From Bacilli bacterium (lineage in GTDB: Bacteria; Bacillota_I; Bacilli_A; RFN20; CAG-826): a stretch of DNA of 64,000 nt. The stretch spans positions 20,561-84,560 of the forward strand of contig JALRKT010000001.1 in the NCBI GenBank assembly GCA_023268805.1, in the 5' to 3' direction. Positions 39,602-47,844 of this stretch are shown here, in pieces. The position numbers and the translations under genes were made by a program. The notes under the pieces are model-generated. The model saw only the letters and a list, made by a program, of their open reading frames with translations, was not told the origin of the DNA and did no database searches. Position 1 is the stretch's first letter, and every line of letters begins with the position of its first letter.

Positions 39602-40129
39602 TTAAGAGATTAACTCTTTTTCTTTATGTTTCATGAGGCGACTCACCCAACGGTAGGCGAATAGTTTCCCCCAAAAGTTGTAATTGGTAACGGCCGCATT
39701 ATAAATCGCCACTTGTTGACGGAAATGTTCATCCACTTCAGCTAACGATTTCTTTAAGGAAACATATTCAGGATTCACTGAGAGTTGTTCGTTTTGTTCG
39801 CCATAATAAAACAAAGCTTGGGCGGTTTGCACTAAGAAACTTTTGACTATCGTGCGTTCTGTATCTTTGATGTTTTGCAATGTATCTTCAAAACGAGGAC
39901 GTTTAGAAAGAATAAATTCTTGAGGAACATCAATCTTGTGGCGAACAAATAACTTCCCAATCATGCGAAGTAAATCATATTTCTGAGCGGTTAACACATC
40001 AATCGCGTCTTTTCGTTTTAAAAGTTGACGATAGAGTTTTCGCATTTGAAAACCATAAAAAAGGGCGATAAGAAAGTAAATAACGAGCACAATCGAGACC
40101 ACGAGAAGTGTGATATCAAGGGGTTCCAT
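39602..40129 (-). CDS. LemA-like membrane-anchored protein
   Basis: N-terminal TM; IDV...KYDL and YNAAV.NYN patterns typical of LemA. Confidence 0.65.
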   Translation of the reverse strand: MEPLDITLLVVSIVLVIYFLIALFYGFQMRKLYRQLLKRKDAIDVLTAQKYDLLRMIGKLFVRHKIDVPQEFILSKRPRFEDTLQNIKDTERTIVKSFLVQTAQALFYYGEQNEQLSVNPEYVSLKKSLAEVDEHFRQQVAIYNAAVTNYNFWGKLFAYRWVSRLMKHKEKELIS

Positions 40130-40242
40130 AGCATTAAGACTATAGCATATTCCTTATCGAATTTGAATGATGCCTCATACCAATATCCGCTAAATATGAC
40201 CTTTTTTCTTTTCAATGCTATACTTTTTAATGAGGTATCACG

Positions 40243-41067
40243 ATGAAAAGACCGATTATTGGTATTATTTACGATTTTGACCGTACCCTAGCGATTGAAG
40301 ATTTACAAAATTTCAGTTTTATTCCGAAGTTAGGAATGACCCCGGATCAGTTTTGGAAATTGACCAATGAAAACTCTGAAAAAACGGGCATGGAAAAAAT
40401 ACTTTCTTACATGTACGTAATGATTCAAGAAAGTCAAAAAAAAGGCATTCCTTTAACGAAGGATTATTTAGAAAGTTTAGGCAAAGATATTCGTTTCTTC
40501 CCCGGACTTAATGGTTGGTTTCACCGTATTAATGAGTTTGGACTTGAGCAAGGTGTTCAAGTCGAACACTACATCATTACCTCCGGAACACGAGAAATCA
40601 TTATGGGGTCGCCCATTGCCAAAGAATTTAAAGCGATCTTTGGATGTGAATTTTTATTCACGGGCCCCAACAAAGTCGCCACCTGGCCAAAAAACACAAT
40701 CAACTACACGATGAAAACACAGTACTTCTTCCGTATTACCAAAGGGGTACTTGATCAAACTAATGATGAAAAAGTGAATGAACGCACGAAAGAAAAACGA
40801 ATTAAAAACCGTAATTTAATTTACATTGGGGATGGATTAACCGATGTTCCCGCAATGTTACTTGCGAAGGAAAACGGCGGTAAATCCATTGCTGTATACG
40901 CCAAAAACCAAGAAGAAAAAGCAAAACAACTTGTCGCTGATGATCGCGTTAACTTTATTTGTGAAGCCGATTATCGAAGTGATTCCATGCTCGATAAAGT
41001 TGTCAAATTGACGATTCAACAAATGGCCATTACGGAAGCATTGAGCCATCGTGAAGTGAAAGGATAA
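40243..41067 (+). CDS. HAD-superfamily hydrolase
   Basis: YDFDRTL, ITSG, KTQ..FRI.KG, YIGDGLTDVP. Confidence 0.85.
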   Translation: MKRPIIGIIYDFDRTLAIEDLQNFSFIPKLGMTPDQFWKLTNENSEKTGMEKILSYMYVMIQESQKKGIPLTKDYLESLGKDIRFFPGLNGWFHRINEFGLEQGVQVEHYIITSGTREIIMGSPIAKEFKAIFGCEFLFTGPNKVATWPKNTINYTMKTQYFFRITKGVLDQTNDEKVNERTKEKRIKNRNLIYIGDGLTDVPAMLLAKENGGKSIAVYAKNQEEKAKQLVADDRVNFICEADYRSDSMLDKVVKLTIQQMAITEALSHREVKG

Positions 41068-41070
41068 TTT

Positions 41071-41751
41071 ATGACAAGTGCGATTTTATTAGCCGCCGGA
41101 CAAAGTCTTCGCTTTCAAGAAAATGTGACCCCTAAACAATTTTTTCGTGTCAAAGGAAAAAAATTGTATCAGTTTTCCCTAGAAACGTTTGTGGCCAGTC
41201 GCCATATTCAATCGATTCTGTTAGTGGTACCCGAATCATGGGTAGCGACCGTTGCCGATGAAGTTAAACGTAAAAAATATGGCAAAACGATTGCTGTTAT
41301 TTCCGGAGGAAAAACGCGTCAAGAATCTTCCTACTTAGGTTTGCAATACGCCTATTTTCATCTTAAACCCGACTATGTGGTGATTCATGATGTGGCCCGT
41401 CCTCTTGTGATGAATTCCCTCATTGATAAAGTGTGCGTGGAAGTGAAAAAAGCAGGCGCAGTCACCTTAGGAAGAGAAGTCAACGATTCCTTATTTGTCA
41501 AAGAAGGTGAAACGTTAGAGTCGTATTTATTTAAGGGAAAAATGTATCTCGTACAAACCCCGCAAGCGTTTTCTTTCCCTTTGATTTTTGAAGCGCATGA
41601 ACATGCCCGTCAATTAAAAATTAAATCGGCCATCGATGATGCGAGTTTACTGCGCTTACAGAATAAAGAAGTATATGTTTTTCCTGGCAGTCGGCAAAAC
41701 TTTAAAATCGTCACCGTAGATGATCTTAACCTCTTTAAAAAACTTATTTAG
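41071..41751 (+). CDS. IspD/TarI-family cytidylyltransferase
   Basis: LAAGQS.RF...PKQF, GG.TRQES, IHDVARP, QTPQAF, DD, NFKI. Confidence 0.9.
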   Translation: MTSAILLAAGQSLRFQENVTPKQFFRVKGKKLYQFSLETFVASRHIQSILLVVPESWVATVADEVKRKKYGKTIAVISGGKTRQESSYLGLQYAYFHLKPDYVVIHDVARPLVMNSLIDKVCVEVKKAGAVTLGREVNDSLFVKEGETLESYLFKGKMYLVQTPQAFSFPLIFEAHEHARQLKIKSAIDDASLLRLQNKEVYVFPGSRQNFKIVTVDDLNLFKKLI

Positions 41752-41756
41752 AAATC

Positions 41757-42119
41757 ATGGTTGCCAGTTATCAAATTGATGAAATTATTGTTGGTAAAGT
41801 GATTGATATCCAACCCTATGGAGCCTTCATTGGTTTTCCCAATGGTCAAAAAGGACTTGTTCACATTTCTGAAATTTCGGATGATTATGTCAAACATATC
41901 GAAACATATTTGCTCGTGGGCGAATATGTTCGTGTTAAAGTATTAGCGATTGATCACACGAGCAATCATTTAAAGTTATCGATTAAGCGGCTTTATAAAA
42001 AGGAAGAACTCATCGACCAAAAACATCCTTTTTGGTTTAAAGTCCCTCCGCATGAAATTGATTTTAGCCCGCTGAAAGACGCTTTACCAAAATGGTTAGA
42101 CGATAAATTAAAGGAGTAA
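41757..42119 (+). CDS. S1-domain RNA-binding protein (YugI/GSP13/CvfD family)
   Basis: IQPYGAF, GLVHISEI, VKVL.ID, LSIK, F.PL...L..W; upstream of pgi as in Bacilli. Confidence 0.88.
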   Translation: MVASYQIDEIIVGKVIDIQPYGAFIGFPNGQKGLVHISEISDDYVKHIETYLLVGEYVRVKVLAIDHTSNHLKLSIKRLYKKEELIDQKHPFWFKVPPHEIDFSPLKDALPKWLDDKLKE

Positions 42120-42129
42120 AAACAATCGT

Positions 42130-43404
42130 ATGAAACTCAATTTAGAAAAAGTTAAATTAACAAAACCCTTTTCAGAATACCAAGAAAAAATTCATCGTAT
42201 CACCGATTTAATCGCCACGAAAAAAGGGCCGGGTGGTGATTATTTAGGATGGGACCGTTGGCCAGAAACCTACGATAAAGAAGAATTTCAACGCATTATC
42301 GATGCAGCGAGTTGGATTCGTCAGAACGTGGACGTGCTGGTGGTCGTTGGTATTGGTGGTTCCTATCTTGGGGCCCGCGCCGTCATTGAAGCACTAAAGG
42401 GTTTATATGCTCAAGATTCGTTAGAAATTATCTTTTTAGGACAAACGTTTTCCCCCACGTATACCCAACAAGTGCTTAACTATTTAAGCAATAAACGATT
42501 TGCGATTAATGTCATTTCTAAGTCTGGGACAACGACAGAAACTTCGATTGCTTTCCGTTTAGTGAAAAATTTACTCGAAAAACAAGTCGGAAAAACCCAC
42601 GCCAAACAAGCAATCTTTGCCACTACGGATAAAGAAAAAGGCGCCCTTCGCGACCTTGTTAATAAGGAAGGTTATACCTCCTTTGTTTTACCGGATGACA
42701 TTGGCGGTCGTTACTCGGTGTTAACTGCGGTCGGATTACTTCCTATTGCCGCGGCAGGCATCGACATTGCTGCACTCATGCAAGGGGCAAAAGATGCCAT
42801 GAATGCCTTAACGAATTTTGATGTTGAATCCAATATTGCCATTCAATATGCCATCGTTCGTCATCAGCTTTATCAAGAAAAAGCTGTAGAGATGTTTGTT
42901 ACTTATGAACCTCATATGGCGATGATTAGTGAATGGTTAAAACAACTTTTTGCCGAATCGGAAGGCAAAGAAAGCAAAGGATTACTTCCCGGTTCTGTTT
43001 CTTTTAGCACGGATCTGCATAGTGTCGGTCAATTTATTCAAGAAGGGTCGCCTGTTTTATTTGAAACGACCTTATTTGTGAAAAAACCATTACTCGATCT
43101 CAATGTTCCGCTTGAAACCGATGATGCCGATGGTTTAAATTATCTTGCCGGTCGTCCGTTATCGTTTGTGAATGAAAAAGCATTTTTAGGAACGTTACAA
43201 GCACACACCGGAGAGGGTGGAGTTCCTGTCGTTCAATTAGAAATCGATGAACTTAACGCGTATGAACTCGGGTATTTACTCTACTTCTTTATGAAATCCG
43301 TCGCCTATTCTGGCTACTTATTAGGCATCAACCCCTTTAACCAACCTGGTGTGGAAGTTTATAAGCGAAATATGTTTAAACTTCTCGGGAAAAAAGGTTA
43401 TTAA
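42130..43404 (+). CDS. pgi: Glucose-6-phosphate isomerase
   Basis: GIGGSYLG, SKSGTTTE, GGRYSVL, ESEGK, DLHS.GQ, PFNQPGVE. Confidence 0.98.
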   Translation: MKLNLEKVKLTKPFSEYQEKIHRITDLIATKKGPGGDYLGWDRWPETYDKEEFQRIIDAASWIRQNVDVLVVVGIGGSYLGARAVIEALKGLYAQDSLEIIFLGQTFSPTYTQQVLNYLSNKRFAINVISKSGTTTETSIAFRLVKNLLEKQVGKTHAKQAIFATTDKEKGALRDLVNKEGYTSFVLPDDIGGRYSVLTAVGLLPIAAAGIDIAALMQGAKDAMNALTNFDVESNIAIQYAIVRHQLYQEKAVEMFVTYEPHMAMISEWLKQLFAESEGKESKGLLPGSVSFSTDLHSVGQFIQEGSPVLFETTLFVKKPLLDLNVPLETDDADGLNYLAGRPLSFVNEKAFLGTLQAHTGEGGVPVVQLEIDELNAYELGYLLYFFMKSVAYSGYLLGINPFNQPGVEVYKRNMFKLLGKKGY

Positions 43405-43430
43405 TTTTCTTAAAAAAAGAGCGACTTTCA

Positions 43431-43459
43431 TTGACTAAAAAAGTCGTGTTTGTTATATT
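43431..43459 (+). promoter_or_regulatory. SigA promoter of the tRNA cluster
   Basis: TTGACT-17 nt-TATATT with TG extension. Confidence 0.75.
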
Positions 43460-43482
43460 AAGTAAGCACGCGTAGACCCAAG

Positions 43483-43558
43483 GGATGTTTAGCTCAGCTG
43501 GGAGAGCATCGCCTTTACACGGCGGAGGTCGGGGGTTCGAACCCCTCAACATCCACCA
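43483..43558 (+). tRNA. tRNA-Val(TAC)
   Basis: Cloverleaf, TT-TAC-AC loop, CCA. Confidence 0.97.
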
Positions 43559-43584
43559 GGTAGTACCCGTGAGTTGATCACCTT

Positions 43585-43668
43585 GGAGGCTTAGCGAAGC
43601 GGCCAAACGCAGCTGACTGTAAATCAGTTCCTTCGGGTTCGGTGGTTCGAATCCACCAGCCTCCACCA
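43585..43668 (+). tRNA. tRNA-Tyr(GTA)
   Basis: GCTGA-CT-GTA-AA-TCAGT, variable arm, CCA. Confidence 0.97.
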
Positions 43669-43677
43669 GTCCATTGT

Positions 43678-43752
43678 TGGGGTATAGCCAAGTGGTAAGG
43701 CAATAGACTTTGACTCTATCATTCCCTGGTTCGATCCCAGGTACCCCAGCCA
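43678..43752 (+). tRNA. tRNA-Gln(TTG)
   Basis: U1-A72 acceptor; ATAGA-CT-TTG-AC-TCTAT; CCA. Confidence 0.97.
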
Positions 43753-43758
43753 AACAAC

Positions 43759-43835
43759 CTCCCGCTAGCTCAGTTGGTTAGAGCATTTGCCTTTTAAGCA
43801 AAGGGTCGAAGGTTCGAGTCCTTCGCGGGAGACCA
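43759..43835 (+). tRNA. tRNA-Lys(TTT)
   Basis: TTTGC-CT-TTT-AA-GCAAA; acceptor CTCCCGC/GCGGGAG; CCA. Confidence 0.96.
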
Positions 43836-43841
43836 TTATCT

Positions 43842-43928
43842 GCCCAGGTGGCGAAATTGGTAGACGCACAGGACTTAAAATCCTGCGGTAGCGATACCGT
43901 GCCGGTTCAAGTCCGGCCCCGGGCACCA
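43842..43928 (+). tRNA. tRNA-Leu(TAA)
   Basis: CAGGA-CT-TAA-AA-TCCTG; variable arm; CCA. Confidence 0.96.
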
Positions 43929-43997
43929 ACCATCGAAAGATGGTTTTTTTCTTTGTATTTTACTTTTTTAAAGAAAGATTTTTTGTATAATAGCGAT

Positions 43998-44276
43998 ATG
44001 ACCATTGAACAACAAATTGAAGAAACGCTCGATAAAATTCGTCCCTTCATCCTTCGTGATGGTGGAAATGTCGAATTTCATTCCTTTGTCGATGGTATTG
44101 TTTATTTACGCATGGAAGGCGCTTGTTCTTCCTGTGGTCTTATTGATTCGACCTTGTCAGGCGGGATTGAAGTCATTTTGATGGAAGAAGTCCCTGGCGT
44201 CTTAGGCGTCAAGCTCGTCGATGAACAACCAATCACCATCACGGATGAAATAAAATTTCCTTCCGATAATCAATAA
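43998..44276 (+). CDS. NifU/NfuA-like Fe-S carrier (NifU_C domain)
   Basis: IRPFILRDGGNVE, GACSSC; start at ATG 43998 (the longer ORF call runs into tRNA-Leu). Confidence 0.9.
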   Translation: MTIEQQIEETLDKIRPFILRDGGNVEFHSFVDGIVYLRMEGACSSCGLIDSTLSGGIEVILMEEVPGVLGVKLVDEQPITITDEIKFPSDNQ

Positions 44277-45739
44277 TTCGACGCGGTTAAACTTCCCACT
44301 TCTAACCAACGTATCCTTAAGAGTTCACGCACATATTCAAACGTATTGAGAATCGTATTTTCATTGTGAGGATAATCGGATTCAGCGGCCCAATGTTTCT
44401 CCGTTAAATAATTGATAGAGATGATTTTATATGTACGATTGGTTTGAATGGAAGGCATATTGTCAATGGTGCGCATTAACAAGTTTTGTGACATCCACCA
44501 TTGCAGTTCACTGCCCGTGACTTCGGCGATAATGAGTTCATTATCGAAAGGAAATGATTTATATAAATCCCCATACGTCACTTCTCCAGCGGCAATCGGA
44601 GCGCGCACACCCCCAAAGTTATGAAAACTTGCAATGACGTCATCATCCACCGCTCGACCATACGTTAACATCGTTTCCACAGCAAGTCGGCCCAGTTGAG
44701 TCGTGGTAAAATTACCCACGGCAGTGCCTAAAACTTCATTTTTAATCGCGTTAATCTCCTCATCTAAATACGTTTGATAGAGCGTTGCCATGGCTTCATC
44801 TTCCGTTTGTAATTCCCCGCGTTCAACAAGCGTATCATGGGTGTAGACCCCTGACATCGAGGGCATATAGGTCATTAAATCACTATTAGGATCATAATAG
44901 AAGCGTGCATGGGCGACCGCACGCCCATTGGATAATGCTTGAAAAACGGGTTTACCTTGAACGGTAGAAACATCATACCGATGCGTATGGCCATTAAAGA
45001 CAGCATCCACATACGGTAAAACATCGGGATTCACCGACCCATCATGATTTAATAAAATAATGAGTTTTGCCCCTTGGTCTTTGAGATAGGTTGAGGCTTC
45101 TTGAACAAGCGTTCCATACGGAACAAAATCATAATGTTCGACCGCACTTTGTAAAATACTCGACTCCAAACTTGGTCCAATGGTTCCGATAATGCCAATC
45201 CGAACCCCGGAACGTTGAATCATCGTATAGGGTTGAGCAAAAGCAGCGCGTTGTTGGGTTCGTTTATCGACAATGTTAATCGCGAGTAGAGGGAAATTCG
45301 ATCGTTCAGCATTCGTGGTAATCACCGCATCGGTCCAGTCAAATTCATGATTACCAATTGCCATGGCTTCAAAACCTAGTTGATTCATCGCGTCCACCAC
45401 CAAGCGACCGCGGGTAATGTTACTATCCGCACTCCCTTGCCACATATCGCCGCTGGATAATAAAACGGTATTTTCGTTATTACCTTTTTGTTCATTAAAA
45501 TAACTAGCAAGGCGGGTAATGCCGATTTCATCACTACTAGGGTTATATGCTAAGGCGCCATGAAAATCGTTTAAATTGTAAAAATCGAGATAAAACGATT
45601 CGGAGGGAATGACTTCTGAGGATAAGGAAGGAATGGATTGTTCTAAGGAAGGTAGACTCATTTCACTGGAACTGGAAAATGCGGGGACACATCCCACTAA
45701 AAATAATAGGAAGAAACTTATCCATTTGCTTTGTTTCAT
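44270..45739 (-). CDS. Bifunctional metallophosphatase/5'-nucleotidase lipoprotein
   Basis: Lipobox LVGC; NDFHG, SGD, GNHEFD, GHTH, N.GGVR, PFDN. Confidence 0.9.
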   Translation of the reverse strand: MKQSKWISFFLLFLVGCVPAFSSSSEMSLPSLEQSIPSLSSEVIPSESFYLDFYNLNDFHGALAYNPSSDEIGITRLASYFNEQKGNNENTVLLSSGDMWQGSADSNITRGRLVVDAMNQLGFEAMAIGNHEFDWTDAVITTNAERSNFPLLAINIVDKRTQQRAAFAQPYTMIQRSGVRIGIIGTIGPSLESSILQSAVEHYDFVPYGTLVQEASTYLKDQGAKLIILLNHDGSVNPDVLPYVDAVFNGHTHRYDVSTVQGKPVFQALSNGRAVAHARFYYDPNSDLMTYMPSMSGVYTHDTLVERGELQTEDEAMATLYQTYLDEEINAIKNEVLGTAVGNFTTTQLGRLAVETMLTYGRAVDDDVIASFHNFGGVRAPIAAGEVTYGDLYKSFPFDNELIIAEVTGSELQWWMSQNLLMRTIDNMPSIQTNRTYKIISINYLTEKHWAAESDYPHNENTILNTFEYVRELLRIRWLEVGSLTASNY

Positions 45740-46509
45740 AAGTAAACATTCTCCAATCGATTCACAATGACATAGCCTTCTAAATTGCCTACATCAGGAC
45801 GGTTATACGTATAACGCGTTCCATCAGGTTTAATAAAGTGACCGCCTGCTTCGGTGATCAAGATGTCACTGGCTGCGGTATCCCATTCTTTGGTCCCTTC
45901 GGAAAGTCGGTAGGTAATTTCAGCGAGCCCTTGGGCAATTTTACACGCTTTGATGGCACTTCCGAAAGCTGCTCTTTTTGTAATAACATGCGCATAACGG
46001 TCGATCACAGCCAATTCGTTGGCCTTACTATGAAATCGAGACATGAGCACCGTTAAATCCTTTGTTTTGTCATTCACATGAATTTGTTGATCAGGACCTT
46101 GATGACGATAAAATGCACCGTGTCCTTCACTGGCGTAATACGTTTCTCCGGTTACAGGAATCATGATAAGGCCTGCAATGACGCGATGGCGATAAATAAG
46201 GGCAATATTAATGGTGAATTCATCATTCTTCGCGACGAAATCTTTGGTGCCATCGACGGGATCAACCACCCAAACATAGTCTTTTTCAAGTCGGATTAAA
46301 TCATCGTCGGTTTCTTCGGTGAGAAAACCAAAATCCGGATAACGTTCTTTTAAATACGAGGAGATCACTTCATCCGCACGTTTATCCGCCTCTGTGACGG
46401 GTGAATGGTCTTCTTTTTGTTCAACCGAAAAAGGTTTTTGATACACCTCAAGAATCACTTTTTGCGCACGTTTTGCCGCTTCATACGCGTCGATTAAATA
46501 TAAATTCAT
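45736..46509 (-). CDS. cysQ: 3'(2'),5'-bisphosphate nucleotidase CysQ
   Basis: SPVTEAD, TEE, WVVDPVDGTKDF, EWDTAA. Confidence 0.88.
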   Translation of the reverse strand: MNLYLIDAYEAAKRAQKVILEVYQKPFSVEQKEDHSPVTEADKRADEVISSYLKERYPDFGFLTEETDDDLIRLEKDYVWVVDPVDGTKDFVAKNDEFTINIALIYRHRVIAGLIMIPVTGETYYASEGHGAFYRHQGPDQQIHVNDKTKDLTVLMSRFHSKANELAVIDRYAHVITKRAAFGSAIKACKIAQGLAEITYRLSEGTKEWDTAASDILITEAGGHFIKPDGTRYTYNRPDVGNLEGYVIVNRLENVYL

Positions 46510-46533
46510 AATGATATTGTACGTGAAGAGAAT

Positions 46534-46563
46534 AAAAAAACCTAGGTTTCCCTAGGTTTTTTT
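46534..46563 (-). terminator. Intrinsic terminator after fba
   Basis: AAAAAAACCTAGG-TTTC-CCTAGGTTTTTTT. Confidence 0.88.
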
Positions 46564-46571
46564 GACCTTCA

Positions 46572-47435
46572 TTATTCCGCTTTTCCGATACAACCAAAGA
46601 CTTCGTATTTGGCTTTTACGACCTTACGAATCCCTTCTTTTCCGGGGCCAATAATCTTGCGGGGATCATAGACTTTTGGATCTTTATTAAGAACCTCACG
46701 GACAATCTTCGTCCATTCGATTTGGTTTTCCGTATTGACGTTGATTTTCGCGGTGCCTCGTTCAATGGCCATGCGGAGTTGATTATCAGGAATCCCAGAT
46801 CCTCCATGAAGCACGAGCGGTAAACCCGTTAAATCATGAATTTCTTTCATTTCAGCAAACCCTAATTTCGGTTCTCCTTGATAAGGACCATGGACCGAAC
46901 CTAAGGCCGGCGCTAATGTATCAATGCCGGTCGCTTGAACAAGCTTTAAGCATTCGGCAGGAACGGCATAAAATGTTTCGGCGACAACGTGGTCTTCTTG
47001 ACCACCGACGCGACCTAATTCTGCTTCCACAGAAACGAGGGGGGTTTGTTTGTGCGCGTAATCAACGACTTCTTTAGTTTGGCGAATGTTCTCTTCTAAG
47101 GTTTCATGGGATGCATCAATCATGACCGAGGTAAAACCTGCATCAATGGCTTTTTTGCAAACGTCCACCGATTCACCGTGGTCTAAATGAACAGCGATGG
47201 GAATCGTGTATCCTTTATCTTTAATTAATCCTTTGACCATGCCCATGACGGTGTTAAACCCACCCATGTACTTGGCAGCCCCACTGGAAACGCCTAAAAT
47301 AACAGGTGCTTTGAGCGCTTGGCATTCTTCTAAGATGGCGAGCGTCCATTCTAAATTGTTGATATTGAATTGCGCGACTGCGTATTTTTCTTCGTGCGCT
47401 TTAATCAACATCTCTTTCATACTTACTAATGGCAT
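46572..47435 (-). CDS. fba: Class II fructose-1,6-bisphosphate aldolase
   Basis: HLDHG, SVMIDAS, EAELG, GSVHG, VLHGGSG, KINVNT. Confidence 0.97.
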   Translation of the reverse strand: MPLVSMKEMLIKAHEEKYAVAQFNINNLEWTLAILEECQALKAPVILGVSSGAAKYMGGFNTVMGMVKGLIKDKGYTIPIAVHLDHGESVDVCKKAIDAGFTSVMIDASHETLEENIRQTKEVVDYAHKQTPLVSVEAELGRVGGQEDHVVAETFYAVPAECLKLVQATGIDTLAPALGSVHGPYQGEPKLGFAEMKEIHDLTGLPLVLHGGSGIPDNQLRMAIERGTAKINVNTENQIEWTKIVREVLNKDPKVYDPRKIIGPGKEGIRKVVKAKYEVFGCIGKAE

Positions 47436-47462
47436 AATGGTACCTTCCTTTCTTTTATGACC

Positions 47463-47831
47463 TTATGCAGCTTCTTCTTCGTGATCGGAACCATCATCGT
47501 CTTCGGCCTCTTCATCGTCAGATTCTTCATCTTCTTCAAACGTTTCTTCGTCATCAACAGGTGTTGTTTCTAACGTTTCAACATCTTTAAACACGCCCCG
47601 AGCATCATCATAGAGTTCTTTAAAACTATAACGTGCTTTTAAGGACCATTTGTTCCCGCCGACCGCGACAAAGCGACCATCCAAGGTCAGTAATTGATAA
47701 AAACGACCGATTTGGGCATCTTGAGCCGCGTCATCTTGGGAACGAACATGCGCCCAAATGTCTTGAAAACTAACAGGATCCTTTTGATTTCCTACAAATT
47801 CATAGGCTAATTCAATCATCGATTTTGGCAT
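47463..47831 (-). CDS. rpoE: RNA polymerase delta subunit
   Basis: SMIELAY, FY..L..DGRF...G.N.W.L, acidic tail. Confidence 0.92.
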   Translation of the reverse strand: MPKSMIELAYEFVGNQKDPVSFQDIWAHVRSQDDAAQDAQIGRFYQLLTLDGRFVAVGGNKWSLKARYSFKELYDDARGVFKDVETLETTPVDDEETFEEDEESDDEEAEDDDGSDHEEEAA

Positions 47832-47844
47832 GAATGTACCTCTT

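Noticed and set aside
43376..43753. 125-aa minus-strand ORF
   Set aside because: Antisense shadow of the tRNA cluster
43848..43997. N-terminal extension of the NifU-like ORF
   Set aside because: Overlaps tRNA-Leu(TAA); homology starts at ATG 43998
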